Shown: piece after piece, positions 1 to 8,499 of the stretch
Position numbering within the stretch: the stretch's first letter is position 1
Layout of the letters: every line of letters starts with the position of its first letter
Origin: an uncultured archaeon
Lineage (GTDB): Archaea; Iainarchaeota; Iainarchaeia; Iainarchaeales; DATDZZ01
Direction of reading: 5' to 3'
Assembly (NCBI GenBank): GCA_964373795.1
Contig: CAYJVY010000004.1
Span: 79,944-111,943 of the forward strand
Length of the DNA: 32,000 nucleotides
Position numbers and translations under genes: made by a program
The notes under the pieces: generated by a model
The model's input: only the letters and a program-made list of their open reading frames with translations
What the model was told of the DNA's origin: nothing
Database searches by the model: none

Positions 1-1
1 T

Positions 2-385
2 ACATTTGACAGAACATTAAAAGAATTAGCAAGACTATTAAAAAGAGAACTAATCCCTGAAGAAAAAATTGCGTTATACATGTCAGCAATTATAAGAAAA
101 TCAGTTAATGTTGCGAGAAGCAAATCTGGAACAGAGTTCCTTGAAGGCTTTGAAGACTTAAAAGATTTTTTCTTTTCATCAAATTATTTTAATTTATTTG
201 ATTCAAAGCATTCACTTGGAAAAGAATTCATGGAAGAATTAAATCAATTCAGGCAAGCTCCTGAAACAATGCTTGAAGCAGTAACAGAAATGCTGCAAGA
301 AACAGATAAAGAAAAAGAATTACAAGAACTAGCTAAACAATTACCTGGCATTAAAAGAATGCATTTACCTGAATTCAAAAAATAG
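2..385 (+). CDS. hypothetical protein, probably 5'-truncated by the window edge
   Basis: The frame of ORF 80..385 stays open back to nt 2 (TFDRTLKELARLLKRELIPEEKIALY precedes the first Met). The composition is charged and helical, with no recognisable motif. Confidence 0.5.
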   Translation, partial: TFDRTLKELARLLKRELIPEEKIALYMSAIIRKSVNVARSKSGTEFLEGFEDLKDFFFSSNYFNLFDSKHSLGKEFMEELNQFRQAPETMLEAVTEMLQETDKEKELQELAKQLPGIKRMHLPEFKK

Positions 386-396
386 AAGGAAAATAA

Positions 397-981
397 ATGT
401 TAAAAAGAAATCGTCCCTCGGTTAAAACTCAAATTGAAAGATTTCCAAGAATTGCTTTAGAAGAAATGTTTTGGCAAAAACAACCAAGAAAACCTCTACG
501 TAAAGCCGGAACAAATAGAAAACCAAATTCAGTTCAAATTACTAATCCAATAAAAGGATTAAAAGGAGAAAGAAGTTCAATTCACACACATATAGGGGCA
601 ACACATGCAAATATTTCAAAAATAAGCCTTCCTTCAGCAGCTGATTTAGCTGCAATGGTTATTCAAGTTTTTTCAAGGCCTAGAACAATTAGAACTCATG
701 CAATTGCATTAATAAACAAACAAGGAAAAGTAATTGGATATAAAGTAATTCGCATTCCAACAATTCTTTGGAGAAAAATGAGAACAAAAAAATACTTGCA
801 AGACAAGCGAATTAAAAGATTAATGCATTTAGCTGTTTCAATAGGTTTTTTTGGAAACAAAAAGAAAAAATATTTAAAAGAAAGACTAGAAATGCAGAGA
901 TTACTTGAAGAACTTGAAGTGCAAACAAGGTTTGTAAAAATTCCTTTAAAAGCAAGCAGAAAAAAACAACAAAAGCCTTAA
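397..981 (+). CDS. basic hypothetical protein with JAMM/JAB-like H-x-H...P-S-x-x-D motif
   Basis: ATG is preceded by GAAGGAAA. The motif SIHTHIGATHANISKISLPSAADLAAMV lies about 43 aa downstream of a Glu pair (ALEEMF). A beta-like segment HAIALINKQGKVIGYKVIRIP follows, and the C-terminal tail is Lys/Arg-rich. Confidence 0.6.
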   Translation: MLKRNRPSVKTQIERFPRIALEEMFWQKQPRKPLRKAGTNRKPNSVQITNPIKGLKGERSSIHTHIGATHANISKISLPSAADLAAMVIQVFSRPRTIRTHAIALINKQGKVIGYKVIRIPTILWRKMRTKKYLQDKRIKRLMHLAVSIGFFGNKKKKYLKERLEMQRLLEELEVQTRFVKIPLKASRKKQQKP

Positions 982-1006
982 ATACCTTAAATTCAAAGGA
1001 TATTTA

Positions 1007-1525
1007 GTGAGAAAAATGAGAAGAGAAACAACTAGAAGAATTGGACTCAAAAAAGAAAAGACAGAAAAACTTCTTAGAGATATAGGAATTAGAGTGCCAA
1101 AACCTCCATCAAAACCAGAAAAAGCAAGACAAATTATTTTAGGATGGGCAAAAGAAGTTAATGCCAACCCTGAAATAAAAAAAACTGGAGATAGTATAAG
1201 TTCAGAAGAAAGAACAAAAATGACAGATACAATAAGAAGAGTTAAAAGTGGAACTAGACAAGAACTTACAATAGAAGAACATATTACAATAGCTAAATAC
1301 AGGTTAATAAGAATGTTTAGAAGGGCAGCAGAAAATAAAACAATAAAATCATTAGTTATAGACGGATTAAGAATTGCTACTGCTGATTTTGAAAAACTTC
1401 TTCAAAGAAATCCAAGCAATACAGGTTTAAGAGCATTTGTCAACGAATTAACAGATTTAACAACAGACAGTCTTCTACTAGACTCAGTATTTCAAACAGT
1501 TGGATCAGTCAAAAAAAAGCCATAA
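1007..1525 (+). CDS. hypothetical basic protein, paralog of 1969..2451
   Basis: GTG start lies 6 nt after AAAGGA. It shares ILGWAKEV/LNFWAKKI and a C-terminal NPSNTGLRAFVNEL...DS...V / NPENEDLGNFLLEM...DS...V block with ORF 1969..2451. Confidence 0.6.
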   Translation: MRKMRRETTRRIGLKKEKTEKLLRDIGIRVPKPPSKPEKARQIILGWAKEVNANPEIKKTGDSISSEERTKMTDTIRRVKSGTRQELTIEEHITIAKYRLIRMFRRAAENKTIKSLVIDGLRIATADFEKLLQRNPSNTGLRAFVNELTDLTTDSLLLDSVFQTVGSVKKKP

Positions 1526-1576
1526 ATTTAATATTCTTTTTAGACACCAAAAATTTGACAATTCTTCCATAGCAAG

Positions 1577-1586
1577 CTTTAAATAT
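1577..1586 (+). promoter_or_regulatory. BRE/TATA-like box (GCAAGCTTTAAATAT) for ORF 1609
   Basis: CTTTAAATAT is centred about 27 nt upstream of ATG 1609, which implies a leaderless or near-leaderless transcript. The identical 10-mer recurs at 7899..7908. Confidence 0.35.
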
Positions 1587-1608
1587 TTCAAAACATTTTA
1601 TTTTTTCT

Positions 1609-1815
1609 ATGCTGGATAATATTTTGAATCTCCATTATGGAGAAAGAAAAAGAGTAAATCAAGAACTTCGTGCTTTCAGAGTTCCAATCCAAGTAATAGG
1701 AAACATGCCTGAAAAAGAACAACTTGAATTGCTTTCAACACTGAAAACAAAGAAAAGAAAAACTGAAATCGACTTCATTATAGAAGAATTAAGAACTAAA
1801 TACGAAGACAAATAA
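1609..1815 (+). CDS. small hypothetical protein (68 aa)
   Basis: ORF on the same strand as its neighbours with a TATA-like box upstream. The composition is charged and there is no motif. Confidence 0.45.
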   Translation: MLDNILNLHYGERKRVNQELRAFRVPIQVIGNMPEKEQLELLSTLKTKKRKTEIDFIIEELRTKYEDK

Positions 1816-1968
1816 AAAAACTATTTCAAAAACATTTAATCAGTAAGAATTCTTTTTTGCCGTATTACAGGTAGAACATGCAAGTAAGCTCTTTCATCTC
1901 TCCAAGTTTGACGCCTTAAAGCAAAAACCATTAAATACTATAAAAGAAGAATTATTTAAGGGAAATAA

Positions 1969-2451
1969 ATGCGAATTCAATCTATTAGAGAACTGCTTTT
2001 AAGAAGAAGAGAATTAAAAACACAGATTAGAGAAAAACTTGAAAAAGATAAAGCAAAAATGTTGACTCGAACAAGACAAGGACTAAATTTTTGGGCTAAA
2101 AAAATTAAATCAGATGAAGAGCTTTCTCAAGCAGTAAAAGCAGTTGGACTTACTGAAGAAGCAAAAGTATTAGCTCAAAACCTTAGAGGAAGGGATGCAA
2201 CAGTCGGAGATGAATTAAATTTTGAAATGCTTAAACTAATTACTCTTGGAAAATCAGTTGCATTAGGAAAAAAAGGAAAAGAGCTTCTACAAAAAGAATT
2301 CAGAAAAATGTTAAGAGAATTAGAAATATTATTTGATGAAAATCCTGAAAACGAAGACTTAGGGAACTTTTTACTTGAAATGCTTATTTGGAGTCATAAC
2401 CCAGATTCATTTATTCAAGTAATTAAAGAACAATTATCAAAACCAAAATAA
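1969..2451 (+). CDS. hypothetical helical protein, paralog of 1007..1525
   Basis: ATG is preceded by AAGGGA. It shares sequence blocks with ORF 1007..1525 (see the finding). Confidence 0.6.
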   Translation: MRIQSIRELLLRRRELKTQIREKLEKDKAKMLTRTRQGLNFWAKKIKSDEELSQAVKAVGLTEEAKVLAQNLRGRDATVGDELNFEMLKLITLGKSVALGKKGKELLQKEFRKMLRELEILFDENPENEDLGNFLLEMLIWSHNPDSFIQVIKEQLSKPK

Positions 2452-2480
2452 AGATTAAATCAAAATTGTTAATCTATTAA

Positions 2481-2741
2481 TTATTTAACAAATTCAACAT
2501 TTTCAAAATGCTCGAATTGTTTGTCTCCAGTGAGGAACTTTACATGTAAACGTTTTGCAACAACATACCCTATACAGTCTGCCATTGAAAGATTTGATTT
2601 TTTGTTGTCAAATCTAAAATTTGCAGCAAATTTTATGTCAGTGTCATCAAAGTCAACTACAAACTTTTTAAATCTTTGAAGAAGTTCTTCTGCTTTTTCA
2701 AAGCCAAAGTCTTTCAATGAACCATAGTATATTTCAAACAA
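2481..2741 (-). CDS. vapC: PIN-domain toxin (VapC-like); tracked ORF starts at TTG but homology continues upstream to about 2852
   Basis: The C-terminal part (SMADCIGYVVAKRLHVKFLTGDKQF) is typical of PIN/VapC. The same frame upstream reads KVYFFDSYAIFSIAKK, the usual PIN N-terminus with the first acidic residue. It lies directly downstream of an AbrB-type antitoxin. Confidence 0.7.
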   Translation of the reverse strand: MFEIYYGSLKDFGFEKAEELLQRFKKFVVDFDDTDIKFAANFRFDNKKSNLSMADCIGYVVAKRLHVKFLTGDKQFEHFENVEFVK

Positions 2742-2841
2742 ATTAAGTTTTGTTAAAACAACAATTGAATCAAAATATACCTTATAATTCTCATTTTTTT
2801 TAGCTATTGAAAATATAGCATAAGAATCAAAAAAATAAACC

Positions 2842-3066
2842 TTATCTGCTATAAAGATCTCTCCTAACTGAATCCTTTATTTCTTGAGCGGATTTTTTTA
2901 CACTTTTTGCAAATCCAAAAATTTCTCTTAAATCATTTGTTTTTTTGGCAAAAATTACTGTAATTTTTTCATTCTCTTTAAGATGCTCTTTTTCAACAAT
3001 CTCTTTTGGAATAATAACTCCAAAAGAATTCCCCCACTTTTTTATAACCACGCTACGCTCAGACAT
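2842..3066 (-). CDS. vapB: AbrB/SpoVT-MazE family antitoxin (VapB-like)
   Basis: VVIKKWGNSFGVIIPKEIV is the classic SpoVT-AbrB looped-hinge motif. The internal ATG at 3066 is preceded by GGTGG, while the longer ORF to 3093 adds a non-conserved MYNYFIGGL. Confidence 0.75.
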   Translation of the reverse strand: MSERSVVIKKWGNSFGVIIPKEIVEKEHLKENEKITVIFAKKTNDLREIFGFAKSVKKSAQEIKDSVRRDLYSR

Positions 3067-3131
3067 TAAACCACCAATAAAATAGTTATACAAAGTATAA
3101 TTTAAATGTATCGAAAATAGCTAACAAATAT

Positions 3132-4097
3132 TTACTGTTTTTTTTGAGGCATGAATTGCACTAAAAGCGCTTCTAATTGAATTCTTTCATTAGCGCCTTC
3201 TACAATTCGAAAATCATATTCGCCTATTTTGTCTACTAAAAAGATTTTTGTTTTTGCATCCACATGCTTTTCATCTAAATCCATTAACTCTTTATACAAT
3301 TGAGTTATTACGTCTTCGCCGGACATGCCAAATTCATACAACAATAAATCTAGTTTTTCTCTGGCCTTCAAAAAATCTCCTTTTAAAGCCAATAAAATCA
3401 TTTCCTTAACTTGTTCTGGCCTTGCTCTTGAAGCAACATTAAAAATTACTTCCTCTGAAATTTTTTCTTCAAGAGAAGCAGCTGATTGAAGAACATTAAT
3501 TGCTTTTCTTACATCTCCTTCAGCTACGTAAACAATTGCATTCAAAGCCTTTTCCTCTACTTTTAATTTTTCTTTTTCAATTATTTCATTCAATTTTTCT
3601 TTAACTTTTTCACTAGATAAAGGCCTAAAACGAAAAACAACACATCTAGACTGAATTGGTTCAATTAATTTACTTGAATAATTGCAAGACAAAATAAAGC
3701 GAGTTGTTTTAGTGTATTTCTCCATGGTTCTACGCAAAGCCTGTTGAGCATCACTTGTTAAAGCATCTGATTCATCTAAAAAAATTATTTTAAATTTTGC
3801 ATTCAAAGCCAATGTTCGCGCAAAATCCTTTATAGTTGAACGAACAACATCAATTCCTCTTTCATTACTTGCATTTAATTCTAAAAAGTTTTGCTCAAAT
3901 GCTTCTCCAAAAAGCTCTCTAGCTAAAGCAATTGAAGCAGAAGTTTTTCCAACGCCTGCAGGCCCGGAAAACAACATGTTAGGCAAAGAACCTTTTAAAA
4001 TATATGACTTCAATCGCTTAGTTATTTCTTCTTGACCAATTACTTCATCTAATTTGTGCGGCCTGTACTGTTCAATCCAAGGCAATCCAATCTTCAT
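3132..4097 (-). CDS. rfcS: replication factor C small subunit
   Basis: WIEQYRP, Walker [10 protein letters not shown], the DESD Walker B box, the SRC motif and a 321 aa length are all typical of archaeal RfcS. Confidence 0.95.
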   Translation of the reverse strand: MKIGLPWIEQYRPHKLDEVIGQEEITKRLKSYILKGSLPNMLFSGPAGVGKTSASIALARELFGEAFEQNFLELNASNERGIDVVRSTIKDFARTLALNAKFKIIFLDESDALTSDAQQALRRTMEKYTKTTRFILSCNYSSKLIEPIQSRCVVFRFRPLSSEKVKEKLNEIIEKEKLKVEEKALNAIVYVAEGDVRKAINVLQSAASLEEKISEEVIFNVASRARPEQVKEMILLALKGDFLKAREKLDLLLYEFGMSGEDVITQLYKELMDLDEKHVDAKTKIFLVDKIGEYDFRIVEGANERIQLEALLVQFMPQKKQ

Positions 4098-4199
4098 CTA
4101 ATCACAACATCAAAGTAAGTATATTCTAAAAAGTAACGCTTTTAATTTAATAGTAGTTAAATATTTTAAAGAATCAAAGTAGAAGTTAAAGGTGTTTTT

Positions 4200-4550
4200 T
4201 TGACTGTAAAAGAAGAAAAAGGAATTCACATTGTTACTTCAAATTTTATTCCAGGATTCAAAGTCAAAGAAGTGAAAGGACTTGTATGGGCAAGCAGCGT
4301 TAGATCAAAGTTTTTCTTAGAAGACTTAAAAGCCCACATTAGAATGTTTTTAGGCGGAGAAGTAAACGAATACACTAACTTGTTAAACGAAGGCAGATGG
4401 GAAATAATGAATAAATTAAATTCAAATGCAAAAAAAATGAATGCAAATGCAGTAATTGACATGAAAATGGCTACAAGTCAATTAATTGGTTCAACAGTTG
4501 AAATGCTTGCATATGGAACTGCTGTAGTCATTGAAAAAGAAAAAAAGTAA
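4200..4550 (+). CDS. YbjQ/UPF0145 family protein
   Basis: TTG start lies 6-7 nt after AAGGTG. GGEVNEY...NANAVIDMKM...LAYGTAVV matches the UPF0145 pattern. Confidence 0.75.
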   Translation: MTVKEEKGIHIVTSNFIPGFKVKEVKGLVWASSVRSKFFLEDLKAHIRMFLGGEVNEYTNLLNEGRWEIMNKLNSNAKKMNANAVIDMKMATSQLIGSTVEMLAYGTAVVIEKEKK

Positions 4551-4563
4551 CTGTGATGCTTAA

Positions 4564-5280
4564 ATGAATGAAAACCAAGAATTTAAAGAAGAAGTAAAAA
4601 AATTCATTAAAGTTACAGGCCCACTTGAAGCACTAAAATCAAATGAAGAATTTCATCCATTCAAAATTGCTCGAACATTTATATTGTTTGCAGCAACTTA
4701 TTTAATTTTATATTTTGGAGTAATTCTAAGTGTTCCATTGCATGGATTTTTAATTGATGTATTAACTGCTGCAAACACTTTTCTGCCAATTTTTTGGCCA
4801 ATTAAATCACTTGTTGAAACAATTCTTCCTTTAGGGAAATGGGATTCTCCAATGTATTTCTTGCTTCCAATTCCTGGATTCTTTTTAATGTATTACTTAA
4901 CTGATTGGTTAGATGAATTCTTTGAATTAAACGACGACTTTCACAACAAGTTATTTGTATTAGTTTTCTGGATTCTGGTATTAGCAGGATATGCTATTAG
5001 CTTGCTATGGTATTACTATAATTTTTATGTTTTAACACTAAACAATTACGCTCAATTAAAAGAAATAGGACTAAGTTTTACCCAATACTTATTTGGAGGA
5101 CAATTATCCAATGGGCAAACCTATGGAGGAACTGGATTCAATTATTGGGGAGAATTAAAAAACTCAGCATATCTAGTTTTCTGCATTGCTGCATTTCTTG
5201 CATGGATTTCCAGAAAATTCGTGAAAAACATTATAGATGCAAAAATTAAAAGGTTTATTAAAACAGAAAATGCCGAATAA
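4564..5280 (+). CDS. integral membrane protein, unknown function
   Basis: It has several long hydrophobic segments rich in aromatic residues and no catalytic motif. Confidence 0.6.
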   Translation: MNENQEFKEEVKKFIKVTGPLEALKSNEEFHPFKIARTFILFAATYLILYFGVILSVPLHGFLIDVLTAANTFLPIFWPIKSLVETILPLGKWDSPMYFLLPIPGFFLMYYLTDWLDEFFELNDDFHNKLFVLVFWILVLAGYAISLLWYYYNFYVLTLNNYAQLKEIGLSFTQYLFGGQLSNGQTYGGTGFNYWGELKNSAYLVFCIAAFLAWISRKFVKNIIDAKIKRFIKTENAE

Positions 5281-5336
5281 ACGATTACGTTTGATTTAAA
5301 ATACTTTTTTAAATCAATTTAAGGGAGGCGAAGTAA

Positions 5337-6191
5337 TTGTTTTTAGTTGACTCAATTCATCATTATATAAATAACTTTAAAGCTGTTGCAGCTTTCCTAA
5401 TTTTACTTATCTTTGTATTCATTTTCATTCAATTTCCTAATGCTTTTCTTTCAAGCGGAAATGTTTTCCTTGAATATGGCAATAATCAAACGCCTTTAAT
5501 TATATTAGCCGTGGAATTTATTTCACTTTTATTGTTTGTTTTATTTTACAGCATTTTTGTAACAATAATTGTTTTTGGAGTAAGAAAAGAATTAAGCCAT
5601 GTAAGACTATGGTATTACTTGCAGGAAATGATTCACAAGTTTTCCTTCAAAATATTTGTTTTATATTTAGCTTTCTTTTTAATTTCATTAATTCTTTCCC
5701 TTGCATTAATTTCAAGCAATTTAATTCCTTTCACTCAAGCAATCCTTTTATCAAATATGTTAATGTTAGTGCTTTCATTGCTTTTATTGTTTGTTCCGCA
5801 AGCAATTGTAGTTGACGAAGAAAACTTAGTTCACTCAATTAAAAACAATTTTGATTTCATTGTAAAAAATCCTCTTCAAACAATTCTAGTAATCGTTTTA
5901 TCAATTATCTTAGTTGGAGTAATTCCATTCATTGAAATGTTTTTTGATTCATTTCAATTCAGTGGAAGATTTGTATCACTTGTATTAATGCTATTATTTG
6001 TAATTCCATTCATTGAAATAGTTAAAACTCATTTCTATATGCTTAGAATTGAATTAGTTAAATCATCTCATCATGCAAGAAAAATGCATTCAAATTATTC
6101 AAAAGAATTTGAACAAGCTTTAAGAGAAAAAGAAGAAAAAATGAAAGACGTTAAACCAATGATTAAAAACAGAGGAAAAGAAGAAAATTAA
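5337..6191 (+). CDS. integral membrane protein, unknown function
   Basis: TTG start lies 7 nt after GGGAGG. It has about 6-7 hydrophobic spans and a charged C-terminal tail. Confidence 0.6.
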   Translation: MFLVDSIHHYINNFKAVAAFLILLIFVFIFIQFPNAFLSSGNVFLEYGNNQTPLIILAVEFISLLLFVLFYSIFVTIIVFGVRKELSHVRLWYYLQEMIHKFSFKIFVLYLAFFLISLILSLALISSNLIPFTQAILLSNMLMLVLSLLLLFVPQAIVVDEENLVHSIKNNFDFIVKNPLQTILVIVLSIILVGVIPFIEMFFDSFQFSGRFVSLVLMLLFVIPFIEIVKTHFYMLRIELVKSSHHARKMHSNYSKEFEQALREKEEKMKDVKPMIKNRGKEEN

Positions 6192-7828
6192 ATAAATTCT
6201 ACTTGTTTTGCATTCTTTTTAATTAATTGACTTAAATGATCTTTATTTCTGGTTTTTAAACTAAACAAGTATTTTCCAACTCCTGTTTTACTTAAATCAA
6301 TAAAATGATTTGAGCGAAGAGAAAACTTTAAAGACAAATTAAGTTCTGTTTTATTAAATTCATTAAATCTCTTTAAACCTCTTGAATCAGTAAAATTAAT
6401 TAAAAAAGTATTTGAATCAACTTGTTTTGAAACATAATTCAATATTTTGGAAGTAAAAGAAAGCACCTCTTCATTAATGTATTGGGAAGACAAAAACTCT
6501 TTAACAGAGCCAATCAATTGATGAATAGCTATAAAAGAACAAAATTTATTCAAATTAATTCCATTTTCTTGGAAAAAAGTTTTCCTCTCCAATAAAGCGT
6601 TCTTCAATTCAATTAATTCTTTAATTGATTTAATAAGCAAATCCAGTTTTTCAAACAAAACAACTTCATTCCCATTTGAATTGAAAACAAGTTTAGGCAT
6701 ATTCAAACCAATTAATGAATTCACTCCTTGAAAGTCTTCAATGAAAAGCTCTTCACTTAATCCTTGAATATTTGAATTACTGCAATTCAATAAAACTAGG
6801 TTTGAATTCAAATGCTTTTGATTTAAGAGTTTCACTTGAAACTCATTTTCAAGTCTATAGTTTAACAAAAAATTTCTATCAGATTTTTTAAATTCCTGAA
6901 TCAATTCATTTACAAACCCAAATCCTAAACCCTTAGATGAATTAAATTCCTCCAATTCTTCTCCTAAAAATAAATCCAAATTCAAAACAGGTTTTTGCTC
7001 TGAACCAAAATAAAAAGCGTCCAAAGAATTAATAATTAAATTTGCTTTTTCCTCGTTATGTTTTTTATTCAAAAAAGGAGAGGCAAACAAATTCAATCCA
7101 GTAATTGAAGGCTTGATTGAAAAAAATCTTTCAAAAAAAGTTAAATCCTTTAACAAGGATGAATACATTGAAGCAAAAGACTTTGATTTTTTAGGCGAAA
7201 TAAAAGAAGTTAAAGGCTTTAAAGAAAAATCCTCTAAAAAAGAAATAAAAATATCTGAATTAAAATGCAAATCACTTAAATTTTTTGGAATAACTTTAAA
7301 CAAATTATATTCTACAAGCAAGTCGTTTCCAGAAAAAGGGTTTTTATTTAATTGTTTTTCAACTTCATATAAAGGCATTCCAACCCTTGTGTACTGCCAA
7401 TGAATATCTTCTCTTCCATACTGCAATAATTTCACGTCAACTAATTCCCTAATTAAAGCAGTGTTCAAATAACTTATTTTCAAATCCTTTATTTGCTCTT
7501 CAACCTCTGAACCAATTTTTTCAGCTAAAGTCCTAGGAATAGATGTTTCCTTTAACAAAGAATCAACAATGTTTCCCCTATCAAAGGATTCAATTTCATG
7601 CTTTGATGTGTGCACCTGCAATCTATTAAAGCTTGCATAAGTTTCAGCAGCTTTTGGATTAAGGTCTTTTAAAACTAAAACAACTTTTTTTCTTAAACGA
7701 ATCAAATCATTTAAGTCATCTGAATTCAAAGACTTAATTACTTTTAAAATATCCCATTCATTTGCTCCTGCTTCCTCACATTCTAAAGCAATTTTTTCAA
7801 CCAAGGAATTAATTGGTTTTCTATCCAT
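6188..7828 (-). CDS. ATP-cone domain protein with an unassigned, possibly degenerate NrdD-like 400-aa body
   Basis: Residues ~70-150 (VHTSKHEIESFDRGNIVDSLLKE...LIRELVDVKLLQYG) fit the ATP-cone pattern and are preceded by a partial cone. The rest has no Gly-radical or Zn-ribbon motif. Confidence 0.7.
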   Translation of the reverse strand: MDRKPINSLVEKIALECEEAGANEWDILKVIKSLNSDDLNDLIRLRKKVVLVLKDLNPKAAETYASFNRLQVHTSKHEIESFDRGNIVDSLLKETSIPRTLAEKIGSEVEEQIKDLKISYLNTALIRELVDVKLLQYGREDIHWQYTRVGMPLYEVEKQLNKNPFSGNDLLVEYNLFKVIPKNLSDLHFNSDIFISFLEDFSLKPLTSFISPKKSKSFASMYSSLLKDLTFFERFFSIKPSITGLNLFASPFLNKKHNEEKANLIINSLDAFYFGSEQKPVLNLDLFLGEELEEFNSSKGLGFGFVNELIQEFKKSDRNFLLNYRLENEFQVKLLNQKHLNSNLVLLNCSNSNIQGLSEELFIEDFQGVNSLIGLNMPKLVFNSNGNEVVLFEKLDLLIKSIKELIELKNALLERKTFFQENGINLNKFCSFIAIHQLIGSVKEFLSSQYINEEVLSFTSKILNYVSKQVDSNTFLINFTDSRGLKRFNEFNKTELNLSLKFSLRSNHFIDLSKTGVGKYLFSLKTRNKDHLSQLIKKNAKQVEFI

Positions 7829-7898
7829 AAACAGAGTTAAAGTTAAAAATTCTTAATAAGCTAACGCCTAAACAGGTTTTGGTTTTTTGAAAAGCAAA

Positions 7899-7908
7899 CT
7901 TTAAATAT
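7899..7908 (+). promoter_or_regulatory. BRE/TATA-like box (GCAAACTTTAAATAT) for the Lrp gene
   Basis: This is the same CTTTAAATAT 10-mer as at 1577. Its position argues for the ATG 7968 start (RBS GGAAGTGAAG) rather than GTG 7914. Confidence 0.35.
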
Positions 7909-7967
7909 GTTTTGTGTTTGAATACCTAATATTATTTTTTCCGGGTTTAAAACCAGGAAGTGAAGCA

Positions 7968-8450
7968 ATGGCTACTGTAACAGATTCATTGGATAAAATT
8001 GACTTAAAAATAATTCAATCATTAATTGAGGATGGAAGAGCAAGTTTTTCACAAATTGCTCGAGAAACAAATTTAACCGATGTAGCAATAAAAAAAAGAG
8101 TTGACAGATTGCAAAGAAAAGGAATCATTCAATCCATTACCGCAAACCTAAATTTAAAAGTATTAGGATATGAAAACCCAATATTTGTTTTAATGCGAAC
8201 AGAGTTAAGCAAAAACAAAGACGTAATAAAAAAACTTCAAGGCATTGATTACGTAATAGAATTATACCAAGTACTAGGAGAATACAATTTATTGGCAAAA
8301 ATTGTTGTCCCAGATTTAGAAAAAGCAGAAAAATTCATTGAACAATTAGGATTATTAGACGGCGTGATTGACGCCAAAACCCAAGTAATTCTATCAGAGT
8401 TAAAAAAAACCAATTCATTGCCAACTCAAGCCCTGCAAAAAAGCTTGTAA
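7968..8450 (+). CDS. Lrp/AsnC family transcriptional regulator
   Basis: LDKIDLKIIQSLIEDGRASFSQIARETNLTDVAIKKRVDRLQRKGII is the HTH_AsnC part. The following RAM-like domain reads VLMRT...YQVLGEYNLLAKIV. Confidence 0.85.
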   Translation: MATVTDSLDKIDLKIIQSLIEDGRASFSQIARETNLTDVAIKKRVDRLQRKGIIQSITANLNLKVLGYENPIFVLMRTELSKNKDVIKKLQGIDYVIELYQVLGEYNLLAKIVVPDLEKAEKFIEQLGLLDGVIDAKTQVILSELKKTNSLPTQALQKSL

Positions 8451-8499
8451 CAGTACAACATGAAAAGCATTAAATGCGCGACAAAAAAAATGATTTGAA

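Noticed and set aside
7914-7967. GTG-initiated N-terminal extension of the Lrp regulator (MFEYLILFFPGLKPGSEA)
   Set aside because: It overlaps the predicted TATA-to-TSS interval. ATG 7968 has a good RBS and gives a canonical Lrp N-terminus.
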